Source: Candidatus Fraserbacteria bacterium (GTDB lineage: Bacteria; Bipolaricaulota; Bipolaricaulia; RBG-16-55-9; DRXL01). Taken from it: a stretch of 64,000 bases of DNA. The notes beneath the pieces were generated by a model. The model ran no database searches and was not told where the DNA came from. It worked only from the letters and a program-made list of their open reading frames with translations. The stretch is taken from NCBI GenBank assembly GCA_947085185.1, contig CAMTVK010000002.1:96001-160000 (forward strand), in the 5' to 3' direction. Made by a program: the position numbers and the translations under genes. Below are positions 29,710-38,959 of this stretch, piece by piece (within the stretch, counting starts at the first letter, position 1; the number at the start of each line of letters is the position of its first letter).

Positions 29710-30699
29710 ATGTGGTGGTTGAGCCTGGGGACGTTCTTTGTCAGCGTACTGATGACGCGCCTGTGGCTTGGAATTCAAGAGCGCTCGCGCGTCGGGCAAC
29801 CCATCCGCGACTACGGCCCACAGATCCATACTCATAAGCAAGGCACCCCCACAGCCGGAGGGATCACGCTCGTGCTCGCGTTCTTGGGGAGCTGGGCAGT
29901 GCTGGCCACCATCGAGGGCACTGAAGCAAAGGCGCTCTTTATCGGGGCAGCAACGCTGGGCTTTGGCTTGATCGGCCTGCTCGATGACGGCCTGAAGCTT
30001 TCAAGACGTCACGCCCAGGGGCTCCCAGGACGATATAAGTTGCTCTTGCAGAGCATCTTATGCGGATTGCTCGCGTGGGGCGCGCTCTGGATCGAGCTTG
30101 TGCCGCCGGCGCGTATCCCCTTTGTCAGCGGGGCGCTCGCGCTGTCGCCAGCGATGAGCGTCGCCTTGATCTTTCTGATATTTATCAGCACGGTCAATGC
30201 TTTCAACGAGACCGACGGCCTAGACGGGCTGCTTGGGGGCGTGACGCTCATCGCTTTGGGGGCTTACGGGGTCATTCTCTATCTCCAAAATGAGCTTACG
30301 CTCTTGAAGATCTCCATGCTCGCCGCGATGGCGCTGCTGGGCTTTCTGTGGTGGAACGCGCACCCCGCGAGAATTATTCTCGGCGATACGGGCTCGTTCG
30401 CGTTAGGCGGGTTGGTGGGAGCGTTAGCGCTGGTGACCGGCACGGCGCTTCTATTGCCCCTCATCGCGCTCATTCCCGTGATCGAAACGCTCTCGGTGAT
30501 CGTTCAAGTTCTCAGCTTCAAGCTCTTCAAGAAGCGCGTCTTTAAGATCTCTCCGTTGCACCATCACTTTGAGAGAGCCCAAGGCGTTGACTATGAATTT
30601 CTGCTCCCCCATCAAGAATGGCCCGAGGTCTTAATCACCCTGAGATTTTGGGTGATCGCGGCGCTTGGGGCCGTAGTGGGGCTATTGGCGTATCGCTGA
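29710..30699 (+). CDS. mraY: Phospho-N-acetylmuramoyl-pentapeptide transferase
   Basis: KQGTPTAGG, GLLDD, NETDGLDG, GDTGSFALG, ETLSVIVQV and PLHHHFE. Confidence 0.92.
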   Translation: MWWLSLGTFFVSVLMTRLWLGIQERSRVGQPIRDYGPQIHTHKQGTPTAGGITLVLAFLGSWAVLATIEGTEAKALFIGAATLGFGLIGLLDDGLKLSRRHAQGLPGRYKLLLQSILCGLLAWGALWIELVPPARIPFVSGALALSPAMSVALIFLIFISTVNAFNETDGLDGLLGGVTLIALGAYGVILYLQNELTLLKISMLAAMALLGFLWWNAHPARIILGDTGSFALGGLVGALALVTGTALLLPLIALIPVIETLSVIVQVLSFKLFKKRVFKISPLHHHFERAQGVDYEFLLPHQEWPEVLITLRFWVIAALGAVVGLLAYR

Positions 30700-30721
30700 A
30701 GCTCGCAGTATACTGAGAATT

Positions 30722-31252
30722 ATGGCGCTCTTTGAGCGAAGACCCGAAAAGTACTTGCAGTTCTACGCCCAGGTGCACTTTCTCACGTGCGAGGAGTGCC
30801 TGAGCCATCACGGGGAGATCGCCGAGAACCCCAAGCACAAGCCCCCCTTACACCCAGACTGCCGGTGCCATCTCTTAGAATTTTCCCCCAAGGATCTCGA
30901 ATACTACCAAGAGCAAGCCGAACGGATGAAGCTGCGTGCCCAGCAAGAGCTTTTACGGCGTCGCCTCTGGTGCCAAGCCCGCGACAGCTTAGAAGGCGAC
31001 TTCTCCCAAGCCAAAGAGCTCTTCCGCCAAGCTGCTCACATCGAATTCTATCTCGAAGAAGTCGAGCAGCTCTGCGCAGAGAAGCGCGAGCTCTTCGAGA
31101 ACACGCCCGAGCTGCGCGCTCAACTCCAAAAGCTCTTTATAAAATGCTATCGCATGAAGTTCAGCTTAGATAAATATCGTCCGATTCCCCCAAAGCTGAT
31201 CTTGCTCTGGGAGACCGAAGGGATCAGACGCATCAAAGAGCTGCTGCCATGA
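30722..31252 (+). CDS. Hypothetical protein with a MuF/gp7-like CxxC..HPxCRC motif
   Basis: [10 protein letters not shown]...[12 protein letters not shown] followed by a helical C-terminus. Confidence 0.7.
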   Translation: MALFERRPEKYLQFYAQVHFLTCEECLSHHGEIAENPKHKPPLHPDCRCHLLEFSPKDLEYYQEQAERMKLRAQQELLRRRLWCQARDSLEGDFSQAKELFRQAAHIEFYLEEVEQLCAEKRELFENTPELRAQLQKLFIKCYRMKFSLDKYRPIPPKLILLWETEGIRRIKELLP

Positions 31253-31590
31253 CGCTGTACAGATCAGATGCGCTTGTGCTTGTCGGAGTCATCGTGCTCG
31301 TGCTTGGGGGCGCGCTTTGGGGACGGACAGCTTTCGCCCCAGAACCCCAGATCGCTCAGTTTGTCACCCGTCTGAACGAGCCGCTCGATCTAAACACGGC
31401 GACCCTCGAAGAGCTCATAGACCTTCCGGGGATCGGGCCGGTGCTGGCGCAGCGCATCGTCGAATACCGGGAAGCGCACGGGGGCTTCAAGAGCGTCGAA
31501 GAGCTCATACGCATTCGCGGGATCGGCCCAAAGCGCCTCGAACAGCTCAGAGGGCGTGTGCGTGTTGCACAGCCCAGCCAAAGCCAGTAA
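31249..31590 (+). CDS. comEA: ComEA-family helix-hairpin-helix DNA-binding protein
   Basis: TM helix, [18 protein letters not shown] and IRGIGPK. Confidence 0.85.
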   Translation: MTLYRSDALVLVGVIVLVLGGALWGRTAFAPEPQIAQFVTRLNEPLDLNTATLEELIDLPGIGPVLAQRIVEYREAHGGFKSVEELIRIRGIGPKRLEQLRGRVRVAQPSQSQ

Positions 31591-31599
31591 GCTCACGCT

Positions 31600-31944
31600 G
31601 TGTCTTACAAATTTCCACGGGCGCGACGGATCAGGGCGCGCCGAGATTTTCAGTATATCTACGAGCATGGTCAGCTCTATCACGACGAGTGCTTTCGCAT
31701 CTTCTATGTGCGCAAGAGCCCGACGGAGCCAGGGCGTTTAGGCGTCAGCGTCAGCAAGAAGTTGGGCAAGGCCCACGTGCGCAACAGATTCAAAAGAGTG
31801 CTGCGCGAGACATTTCGCCTGCACCCCGACATGGCCGCCGGGCTCGATATGATCGTCCAGCCCCGCCTCGCTCTGCTCCCTTTGGCCAATGCTCAAATCC
31901 GCCAAAAATTCCTAGAAGCGCTCACGGCCCTACGGTCACGATAG
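31600..31944 (+). CDS. rnpA: Ribonuclease P protein component
   Basis: RLGVSVSKKLGKAHVRNRFKRVLRE (RNR motif). Confidence 0.92.
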   Translation: MSYKFPRARRIRARRDFQYIYEHGQLYHDECFRIFYVRKSPTEPGRLGVSVSKKLGKAHVRNRFKRVLRETFRLHPDMAAGLDMIVQPRLALLPLANAQIRQKFLEALTALRSR

Positions 31945-31960
31945 GGAACGGACTCCGTCC

Positions 31961-31989
31961 TTGCATCCTCTCAAAAGTTATGCTATAGT
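31961..31989 (+). promoter_or_regulatory. Sigma70 promoter of greA-lysS
   Basis: TTGCAT-17-TATAGT with extended TG. Confidence 0.6.
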
Positions 31990-32076
31990 ATGGAGCACAC
32001 CGACCCCAACCCGAGGAATGAATCCAACCGGAGCGTTCGTGAGACGTTCCGATGAGAAATCAGGAGGGGCAGGCGT

Positions 32077-32559
32077 ATGGAAACGAGCGAAGAGACCATC
32101 TTGACGCCGGAAGGCTACGAGCTCAAGAAGAAGAAGCTCGAAGAGTACAGAAGGATTCTCTACGAAGAGCTGCCCAAAAAGCTGAAATTAGCCAAGGAAC
32201 ACGGGGCAGAGCTCCGTGAGAACAAGGAGTATTTAGATATCAAGCGCGAGCAAGATTACTATGAGCTTGAGGTGCGCCGCCTGGAAGAGCTCTTAGAGAA
32301 AGCTATTATCTTAGATGAGAGCCAGATCAGCACGAAGTCCGTCGGCATTGGCACGCGCGTGACGCTCAAGGATTTGAAGACCAACAAGACGGAGGTCTAC
32401 GAGCTGGTCAGTCCTGCCGAGGCCGATCCTGAAAGAAATAAGATCTCGACGGAGTCGCCCGTCGGCCGAGCCCTCATGGGACAGCGCAAAGGGGCGGAGA
32501 TCCAAGTCGAGACCCCTCGCGGCGTCGTGCGCTATAAGATCGTGGCCATTCAGCGCTGA
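32077..32559 (+). CDS. greA: Transcription elongation factor GreA
   Basis: LTPEGY, ELRENKEY, EADP, KISTESPVGRALMG and TPRG. Confidence 0.9.
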   Translation: METSEETILTPEGYELKKKKLEEYRRILYEELPKKLKLAKEHGAELRENKEYLDIKREQDYYELEVRRLEELLEKAIILDESQISTKSVGIGTRVTLKDLKTNKTEVYELVSPAEADPERNKISTESPVGRALMGQRKGAEIQVETPRGVVRYKIVAIQR

Positions 32560-32568
32560 GTCTCTCTC

Positions 32569-34053
32569 ATGGACACGAGCAATCCCCTGCGCGAAGAGCG
32601 CTTGCGCAAGCTCGAAGAGTGGCGTGCTTTGGGCATTGATCCCTATCCCAGGAGATTTGCGCGCACCCATCTGGCCGAAGAGCTTCAAAAAAGCTTTTGC
32701 CATCTGCCCGCCGGCACTGAAAGCTCAACCCACGTGCGGGTGGCCGGGCGGATCACCGCACGGCGGCTCATGGGCGGCGCGTCGTTTTTCGATCTACGAG
32801 ATGGCTCAGGGCGCATTCAGCTCCATGGAACGACAGATCTCTTAGGTCCAGAGCGCTATGAGCTCCTCACTCAGATAGATATCGGGGATTTTCTGGGGGT
32901 TGCTGGGGTAGTCTTCCGCACTAAGAAGGGCGAGCTCTCCGTGAGAGTTGAAGAGTTCACACTGTTAGCGAAAGCCCTCCGACCGCTGCCCGAAAAATGG
33001 CACGGCCTCCACGATACGGAAACCCGCTACCGACAGCGCTATCTGGACTTAATCGCTAACGAACACGCCCGACGCATTGCTCTGATGCGCAGCCGCATCG
33101 TCAGCGCCATGCGCAGATTTTTAGATAGCGAAGGCTTTTTAGAAGTCGAGACCCCCATCTTACAGCCCCTCTACGGCGGCGCGGCCGCTAAGCCGTTTAC
33201 GACCTATCACAATGCTCTCAATATGACGCTCTATCTCAGAATCTCTGACGAGCTCTACTTAAAGCGCCTGATCATCGGGGGCTTAGAGAAAGTCTACGAG
33301 ATCGGAAAAGATTTTCGCAACGAGGGCATCAGCACCAAGCATCACCCCGAATTCACCCAGATGGAGTGTTATTGGGCTTATGCAGACTATAACGATATGA
33401 TGGCCCTCACGGAGAGAATGATCTCTCAGATCGCTCAAGAAGTCTTGGGCTCGACGCGCATTCTCTATCAAGGCCATGAGATAGACCTCGCTCCCCCATG
33501 GAGGCGCATCCGCTTCCGCGATGCAATCTTAGAGCACACTGGTATTGATATTGAGCGCTCAAGGACGCTCCCGGAGCTGCGCGCCGAGATCAGCCACAAA
33601 AAGCTCTCTGTCGATCCTCAGCCAACTTGGGGCAAACAAGTTGACGAATTGCTCAAGACTTACGTCGAGCCTCAGCTCATCCAGCCGACGTTCGTGCTCG
33701 ATTACCCTCTAGAGCTTTCGCCATTGGCCAAGAAGAAGCCCGATAACCCCGAGTTTGTCGAGCGCTTCGAGCCGTTCATTGGGGCGATGGAATTCGGGAA
33801 TGCGTTCTCGGAGCTCAATGACCCCATAGATCAGCGTGAGCGCTTCCTCGCCCAAGAGGCCTCCAGACGCGCCGGCGACGAAGAGACGCAGCCGTTGGAC
33901 GAAGATTTTCTCACAGCTCTCGAGTACGGGATGCCGCCCACAGGGGGCTTGGGCATCGGTATAGACCGATTGACGATGATCCTAACCGATGCCCCTTCGA
34001 TCCGCGAAGTCATTCTCTTCCCAACGCTGCGTCCCAAGAGCGCACACGAGTGA
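32569..34053 (+). CDS. lysS: Lysine--tRNA ligase class II
   Basis: RYRQRYLDL, FLEVETP, FRNEG, HPEFT, NAFSELNDP and YGMPPTGGLGIGIDR. Confidence 0.97.
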   Translation: MDTSNPLREERLRKLEEWRALGIDPYPRRFARTHLAEELQKSFCHLPAGTESSTHVRVAGRITARRLMGGASFFDLRDGSGRIQLHGTTDLLGPERYELLTQIDIGDFLGVAGVVFRTKKGELSVRVEEFTLLAKALRPLPEKWHGLHDTETRYRQRYLDLIANEHARRIALMRSRIVSAMRRFLDSEGFLEVETPILQPLYGGAAAKPFTTYHNALNMTLYLRISDELYLKRLIIGGLEKVYEIGKDFRNEGISTKHHPEFTQMECYWAYADYNDMMALTERMISQIAQEVLGSTRILYQGHEIDLAPPWRRIRFRDAILEHTGIDIERSRTLPELRAEISHKKLSVDPQPTWGKQVDELLKTYVEPQLIQPTFVLDYPLELSPLAKKKPDNPEFVERFEPFIGAMEFGNAFSELNDPIDQRERFLAQEASRRAGDEETQPLDEDFLTALEYGMPPTGGLGIGIDRLTMILTDAPSIREVILFPTLRPKSAHE

Positions 34054-34068
34054 AGGAGGATCAAAGAC

Positions 34069-34674
34069 ATGGGACGGACGCAAACCGCTATACAGAGAAG
34101 ATTTCTCTCGCTCTATCACTATTTCGCTGATGTGCTGCCCTATCTGGTGCTCTCCTGGGACGAGAGATATCTGCGATTTGCTGAAGCCAATCGCTTACTC
34201 AAGAAGCTCTCTCCGGCTATGGTCATCGCCACGTATTTTGGCGATGGATATCTGTGGGGCTTGGTCGGGCTGTTCATACTCATCTGGGGCACCCCATTGG
34301 ACCGCAAGTACGTGATGGTCGCGTTCGCGATCACCATTATTAATATCGCGCTCTTCAGGTTTCTGAAGCTCGTCTTCAAGCGCACGCGTCCAACGTACGT
34401 CGCTCCACCGTATGAGCTTGGATATCGCTTGCTCGATACGTACTCGTTCCCCTCAGGCCATGCGACGACGTCGTTTGGGATCGCGTATGTGCTCTCGCAT
34501 TTTTATCCCATTCTGCCGGTCCAGATCGCTGCGTACAGCGCCGCAAGTCTCATTGCAATCTCGCGCATTCACATGGCAGAGCACTATCCGTCCGATGTGA
34601 TCAGCGGCTCGCTGATCGGTATACTCTCCAGCGCATTTCTCTTACCCATCTTTGAAAGGATCTTGAGATTATGA
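34069..34674 (+). CDS. PAP2-family phosphatase
   Basis: KxxxxRTRP, SFPSGH and SRIHMAEHYPSD. Confidence 0.9.
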   Translation: MGRTQTAIQRRFLSLYHYFADVLPYLVLSWDERYLRFAEANRLLKKLSPAMVIATYFGDGYLWGLVGLFILIWGTPLDRKYVMVAFAITIINIALFRFLKLVFKRTRPTYVAPPYELGYRLLDTYSFPSGHATTSFGIAYVLSHFYPILPVQIAAYSAASLIAISRIHMAEHYPSDVISGSLIGILSSAFLLPIFERILRL

Positions 34675-35747
34675 AGACCTCACAGAAGAACGCTCAAGAG
34701 CTGATCGCTCAGTATACCCCACAAGAGATACACTATTACAGCGACTCCGCCACAGGTCTCAAGGCGCTCATTGTCATTCACAGCACGGCGTTGGGGCCGG
34801 CCACTGGCGGGACGCGCTTCTATCCTTACGCCAGTTGGGATGCTGCGCTTGAAGATGCCCTCAAATTGGCGCAAGCGATGAGCTACAAGTGTGCTCTGGC
34901 TGAGCTGCCCTTTGGTGGAGGCAAGGGCGTGATCTTGGGCGACCCCAAGCGCGGCAAGACCCAAGAGCTTCTGCGCGCCTACGCGCGCATCGTCCATCAG
35001 TTTCAGGGGCGCTTCACCACCGGCGAAGAGCTGGGGATCACCGCGGACGATCTCAAAATTATGATGCGCGAGACCCAGTTTATAGCTGGGGCCAAGGGCA
35101 TCGCCCGCGACATCTCCCCCGTGACTGCCCAAGGGGTTTTTTATGGCCTGAAGGCGTGCTTTCAGACGGTCTTCGGCAATAGCTCCCTTCACGGACGGAC
35201 GATCGCCGTGCAAGGGGCAGGCAAGGTCGGGTATCATCTCATCAAACTCTTAGCTGCTGAAGGGGTGAAGCTCTTCGTCAGCGACATTGACCGTCGGGCG
35301 CTGGAGAGAGTCCACAGCGAATTTGGAGCAAAGATCGTCGAGCCTCCTGACGCGATCTACGCCCTCGAATGCGATGCGCTTGCGCCCTGTGCGCTTGGGG
35401 GGATCATCAACGACACGACGCTGCCCCTTTTAAATTGCAAGATCGTCGCGGGCTCAGCGAACAATCAATTAAAAGAGCCTCGACATGGCGACAGGCTCCA
35501 CGAGTTCGGGATTCTCTATGCGCCCGATTATGTGATCAACGCTGGGGGTCTGATCGCAGCCGTGCAAGATCTGCTGGGAGGGTCTTTAGAGAAGGCTGTG
35601 CAAGAGACGGAGAAGATCTACGGTCGGTTGCTGAAGATCTTTGAGATCGCGCGGCGCGAGGGGATCGCGCCCCATCGGGTGGCCGACCGTATTGCCGCGG
35701 AGCGCTTGAACAAAGCCACACACACTCAATTAACGACAGGAGGCTGA
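34671..35747 (+). CDS. Leu/Phe/Val dehydrogenase
   Basis: GPATGGTR, AMSYK, GGGK, VQGAGKVG, AGSANNQL and PDYVINAGG. Confidence 0.92.
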   Translation: MKTSQKNAQELIAQYTPQEIHYYSDSATGLKALIVIHSTALGPATGGTRFYPYASWDAALEDALKLAQAMSYKCALAELPFGGGKGVILGDPKRGKTQELLRAYARIVHQFQGRFTTGEELGITADDLKIMMRETQFIAGAKGIARDISPVTAQGVFYGLKACFQTVFGNSSLHGRTIAVQGAGKVGYHLIKLLAAEGVKLFVSDIDRRALERVHSEFGAKIVEPPDAIYALECDALAPCALGGIINDTTLPLLNCKIVAGSANNQLKEPRHGDRLHEFGILYAPDYVINAGGLIAAVQDLLGGSLEKAVQETEKIYGRLLKIFEIARREGIAPHRVADRIAAERLNKATHTQLTTGG

Positions 35748-35754
35748 GTATTTT

Positions 35755-36621
35755 ATGACGCGTCGGTTGTGGCTGTTGGTCGGCTTGGTCGGGCTGTTGG
35801 TGGTGGGGCTGAGCTATGGGCCGTTGGCTCAGCAGTCCGTCTCAGCATCGGTGGTCATCAGCAATTTGAGCTGTCGCGGGGGAGTTCAGATCGTGCAGCT
35901 GACTTGGCTCCAGAATCAGACCCCCCTGGCGACGCAGCTCTTCGCCCCGCCGGTGCTCATCCCTGTTGAGACCAGGCGCGAGTTCAAATTTGAGCTCCGT
36001 GCTTCGCCGACACACTTAGCGGTGCGTGGGGCGTTCATAGGGGCCCAAGGGCAAGCCACCGCGCTCGAATTGACCGTGCCCGTAGGGCAAGAGACCAAGT
36101 ACGAGTGCGGGACGATTTTGGCGACTGTAGCGGGCCAGCAGCCGCCCACGGGTCAGCAGCCGACACTCCCTCCAGGGATGCCGTCGCTGACGCCGGGCAT
36201 GAACCCGCAACAGCTCATCTCGGCGTTGCAAGCTGCGGGAGCAACCATCGAGGTCCAAGGCACTCAAGACAAGCCCAAGATCGGCAACGCTGACGATCCG
36301 TTGGTGCTTGGGGCATTGGGGCCAGGCTTTCAGGCTGTTGGGTATTGGGTGAGTTCGGGCACAGGGCAGCTTCGTGCTGTCGTGACGTATGATCGTCCGT
36401 TGGTGCCGGTTGTCTTATGGGTTGTGGGGATTCCCACGCTGGCCACGTGTTTTTCGGTGCCGCCGCCGGGGGGAGGGCTGACGGTCTTCTGTGATCGTCC
36501 GGCGCTCTTTGCCCCGCTCACGACGTTTGGGGGCGGGCCGGTGCCGGGATTGGTCTTCTTTGTTTTAGTCATAAAAGTCGGCGGCCCGACGATGCCCTTC
36601 GTGCTCTCGCTGGCTGGCTGA
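35755..36621 (+). CDS. Hypothetical exported protein
   Basis: SD AGGAGG, signal peptide, and two beta-rich domains joined by a Pro/Gln linker. Confidence 0.7.
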   Translation: MTRRLWLLVGLVGLLVVGLSYGPLAQQSVSASVVISNLSCRGGVQIVQLTWLQNQTPLATQLFAPPVLIPVETRREFKFELRASPTHLAVRGAFIGAQGQATALELTVPVGQETKYECGTILATVAGQQPPTGQQPTLPPGMPSLTPGMNPQQLISALQAAGATIEVQGTQDKPKIGNADDPLVLGALGPGFQAVGYWVSSGTGQLRAVVTYDRPLVPVVLWVVGIPTLATCFSVPPPGGGLTVFCDRPALFAPLTTFGGGPVPGLVFFVLVIKVGGPTMPFVLSLAG

Positions 36622-36646
36622 GTCGTAGTGACAGCCCAGTGAAACC

Positions 36647-36694
36647 TAGCCCTTGGGGTAAGGGTATATAAAACGCCCCTTGCTCCAAGGGCTA
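36647..36694 (+). terminator. 18-bp RNA hairpin
   Basis: Arms 36647-36664 and 36677-36694 pair fully, using two G-U wobbles on the + strand. Confidence 0.55.
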
Positions 36695-36726
36695 CTCTAT
36701 TCACAAAACAAGTGAGGTGGTTTGCT

Positions 36727-37701
36727 ATGCGGTATAGGCTTCCAAGAATTTGGAAGCAGGCATTGCTGGTCGTGGTCGGAATCGTTCTGTCAGTCGCACC
36801 GGGCGTCGCGCAAGTCAGCACGACGATCAATATCATCCCTGGGCCAGTCGTGCCATACCCTACGCCCGTCTTCATTCAGATCTCTGGGGTCTTCAATGAC
36901 GGCTGCACTCCCAAGCCCCCTTTCAGCGTGAGCGTTGTTGGCACTATTATCACCATCAGCTCAGCAGAATTAAGTCCTATTTGCACGATGGCGCTGACGC
37001 CTTGGGGGCCGTATACGTTCTCTGTGGGGGTCTTGCCTCCGGGGACTTACTTGGTCCGAGTGCTGCACACGACTCAGAGCGGGACGCACTTGTTGGGCAC
37101 GCGCACGTTCGTTGTCGTCACCATACAGCCGCCGACTCCCCCAACACCGACGGCGATCGTCTGCGATCCGGGAGCGCCCGCTGAAGGGCTCTTCCTGCGC
37201 GACGGGGCGCGCTATCTTGCCACAGGGGGCACGAACATCAGCCCTGACAAGCGCGGCGTAGACCATTGGGCCGATCTGACAGCTCTGGACACTTCGTTCT
37301 TGGCCAAGTGGCAAGCGTGGGGCAAGACTGAAAGACCCTTTGAGGCAGGCATGAACGACGATGGCGACTGGGTCGTCTATCGTATCAGGGCTCGCGAGCA
37401 GCCCCTCAGCGAGATCCAACTCTGCTTGAAAGCTGTAGGCAATAGAGCTGCCCAGCTCGAAGTCTATGTCCAAACGGAGCCGACCGATCCCACGAAGCTT
37501 CCGGCTCCCGACGGAGATATTCGCGGGCTGGATGGCTGGACGAAGGTCGGCACGCTGACAGTCGGCTTGGGAAGCTATCAGATCTACACAGTGAGCGTGA
37601 GCGGGGTAGCCGCTTCGGCGTTCTATAATATTGCTCTCAGGCTCGTCGAAGAGACTCCAGACGGCAACGCGATCATCGCCTGGCTGAAGCTCAAAGCGTA
37701 A
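36727..37701 (+). CDS. Hypothetical exported beta-rich protein
   Basis: Signal peptide (PGVAQ), Cys pair (DGC, ICT), PPGTYLV, a PT linker and a C-terminal beta domain. Confidence 0.7.
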   Translation: MRYRLPRIWKQALLVVVGIVLSVAPGVAQVSTTINIIPGPVVPYPTPVFIQISGVFNDGCTPKPPFSVSVVGTIITISSAELSPICTMALTPWGPYTFSVGVLPPGTYLVRVLHTTQSGTHLLGTRTFVVVTIQPPTPPTPTAIVCDPGAPAEGLFLRDGARYLATGGTNISPDKRGVDHWADLTALDTSFLAKWQAWGKTERPFEAGMNDDGDWVVYRIRAREQPLSEIQLCLKAVGNRAAQLEVYVQTEPTDPTKLPAPDGDIRGLDGWTKVGTLTVGLGSYQIYTVSVSGVAASAFYNIALRLVEETPDGNAIIAWLKLKA

Positions 37702-37711
37702 TCTCAGAAAG

Positions 37712-37744
37712 CAGGGGCGGAGCAGAGTGAAGGCTCCGCCCCTG
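37712..37744. terminator. Terminator hairpin between convergent genes
   Basis: Perfect 12-bp stem CAGGGGCGGAGC / GCTCCGCCCCTG. Confidence 0.75.
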
Positions 37745-37747
37745 TCC

Positions 37748-38677
37748 CTACCCTCGCACAAGGTTCTTCAAGAGAAAGAAGACATTCGCCGGTCTTTCGG
37801 CAAGCCTTCTCATAAAGTACGGGTACCAATGGGTCCCGTACGAAACATAGATGCGCACACGATAGCCCGCGTGCGCTAAGTTCATCTGCAGATCACGTCG
37901 GATGCCATAGAGCATCTGAAACTCAAAGCGATCTTTGGCGATGCCGCGTGTCCGCGCGTACTCTGTGGCCCAGCGAATGATCTTTTCGTCGTGCGTCGCA
38001 ATTGCGGGATAGACGCCGTTCTCTTGCGCGCGGGGGCTGAAGAGCATCTCTAAAAGTTTTCTATAATTTGCGTCCACGTCGCGCTTGCGCGGAAAAGCAA
38101 TCTCCGGCGGCTCCTGATAGGCCCCCTTGCACAGCCGCACCTTCACACCCCACTCGATCAATCTCTCTACATCGCGCTCGCTGCGTTTGAGATAGGCTTG
38201 GATGACCGGGCCGACGTTGTCGAAGCCCTCACGACGCAACTGTTCATAGAGATTGAGCGTCCGATCCGTATACGCCGAACTCTCCATGTCCATACAGACA
38301 AAGTTCTGATACGCGCGCGCACGCTCCAAGATCCGGCGCATGTTCTGGAAACAGAGCTCAAAGCTGATGTCCAACCCCATCTGAGTCAGCTTCAGAGAGA
38401 TCTCCGACTGCACGCCGGTCTGAGCAATCGCATCGAGAATTTTCAGATACTCATCGGCAGCGGCGAGCGCCTCACGCTCGTTCGTCGTGTTCTCCCCTAA
38501 GTGATCGAGTGTGGCTAAGATATTCGTTGCGTTGAGCTCGCGCACGACGGCGATCGCTTCGTCCAAGCGCTCCCCGGCGATGAACCGCCGCGCCGCCCGC
38601 TGAGCAAAGCGATACTGAGAAAACGCCGATTGCACGGCATGATTCTGCGAGAGCCTTAACAACAACGCGCGCATCAT
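37748..38677 (-). CDS. Monofunctional proline dehydrogenase
   Basis: RFIAGE, DHLGE, SLKLTQ, DME, IQAYL, RLCKGAY, ATHD, EFQMLYG and YFMRRLAERP. Confidence 0.94.
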   Translation of the reverse strand: MMRALLLRLSQNHAVQSAFSQYRFAQRAARRFIAGERLDEAIAVVRELNATNILATLDHLGENTTNEREALAAADEYLKILDAIAQTGVQSEISLKLTQMGLDISFELCFQNMRRILERARAYQNFVCMDMESSAYTDRTLNLYEQLRREGFDNVGPVIQAYLKRSERDVERLIEWGVKVRLCKGAYQEPPEIAFPRKRDVDANYRKLLEMLFSPRAQENGVYPAIATHDEKIIRWATEYARTRGIAKDRFEFQMLYGIRRDLQMNLAHAGYRVRIYVSYGTHWYPYFMRRLAERPANVFFLLKNLVRG

Positions 38678-38845
38678 CGTCTCAGTCCCCTGTGAAGTCT
38701 TAGTGAAGTATTCTAACGCACTGGCCAGCGGGAGCGCAAAAACAGACAGATGTCAATCGCCTATGGAGCAAGGAACTTCAGGTTCTCTCTCACAGGTGCT
38801 TCGCTGCCAAGCCCGGTAACACTACGATGAAGACGGTGATGGCTT

Positions 38846-38959
38846 ATGAAGCGCTTGATTCTCGGGATCACGCTGACGCTCTGTGCGCTCTATCAGATGG
38901 CTCGCCACCGTTGGCTTGTGCGCCGTGGCAAGCGATTCTCTTATATCAAGTTGACTTAG
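38846..38959 (+). CDS. Possible 37-aa hydrophobic/basic peptide
   Basis: [37 protein letters not shown] with a weak SD (GGTGA); it fills an otherwise empty gap. Confidence 0.35.
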   Translation: MKRLILGITLTLCALYQMARHRWLVRRGKRFSYIKLT

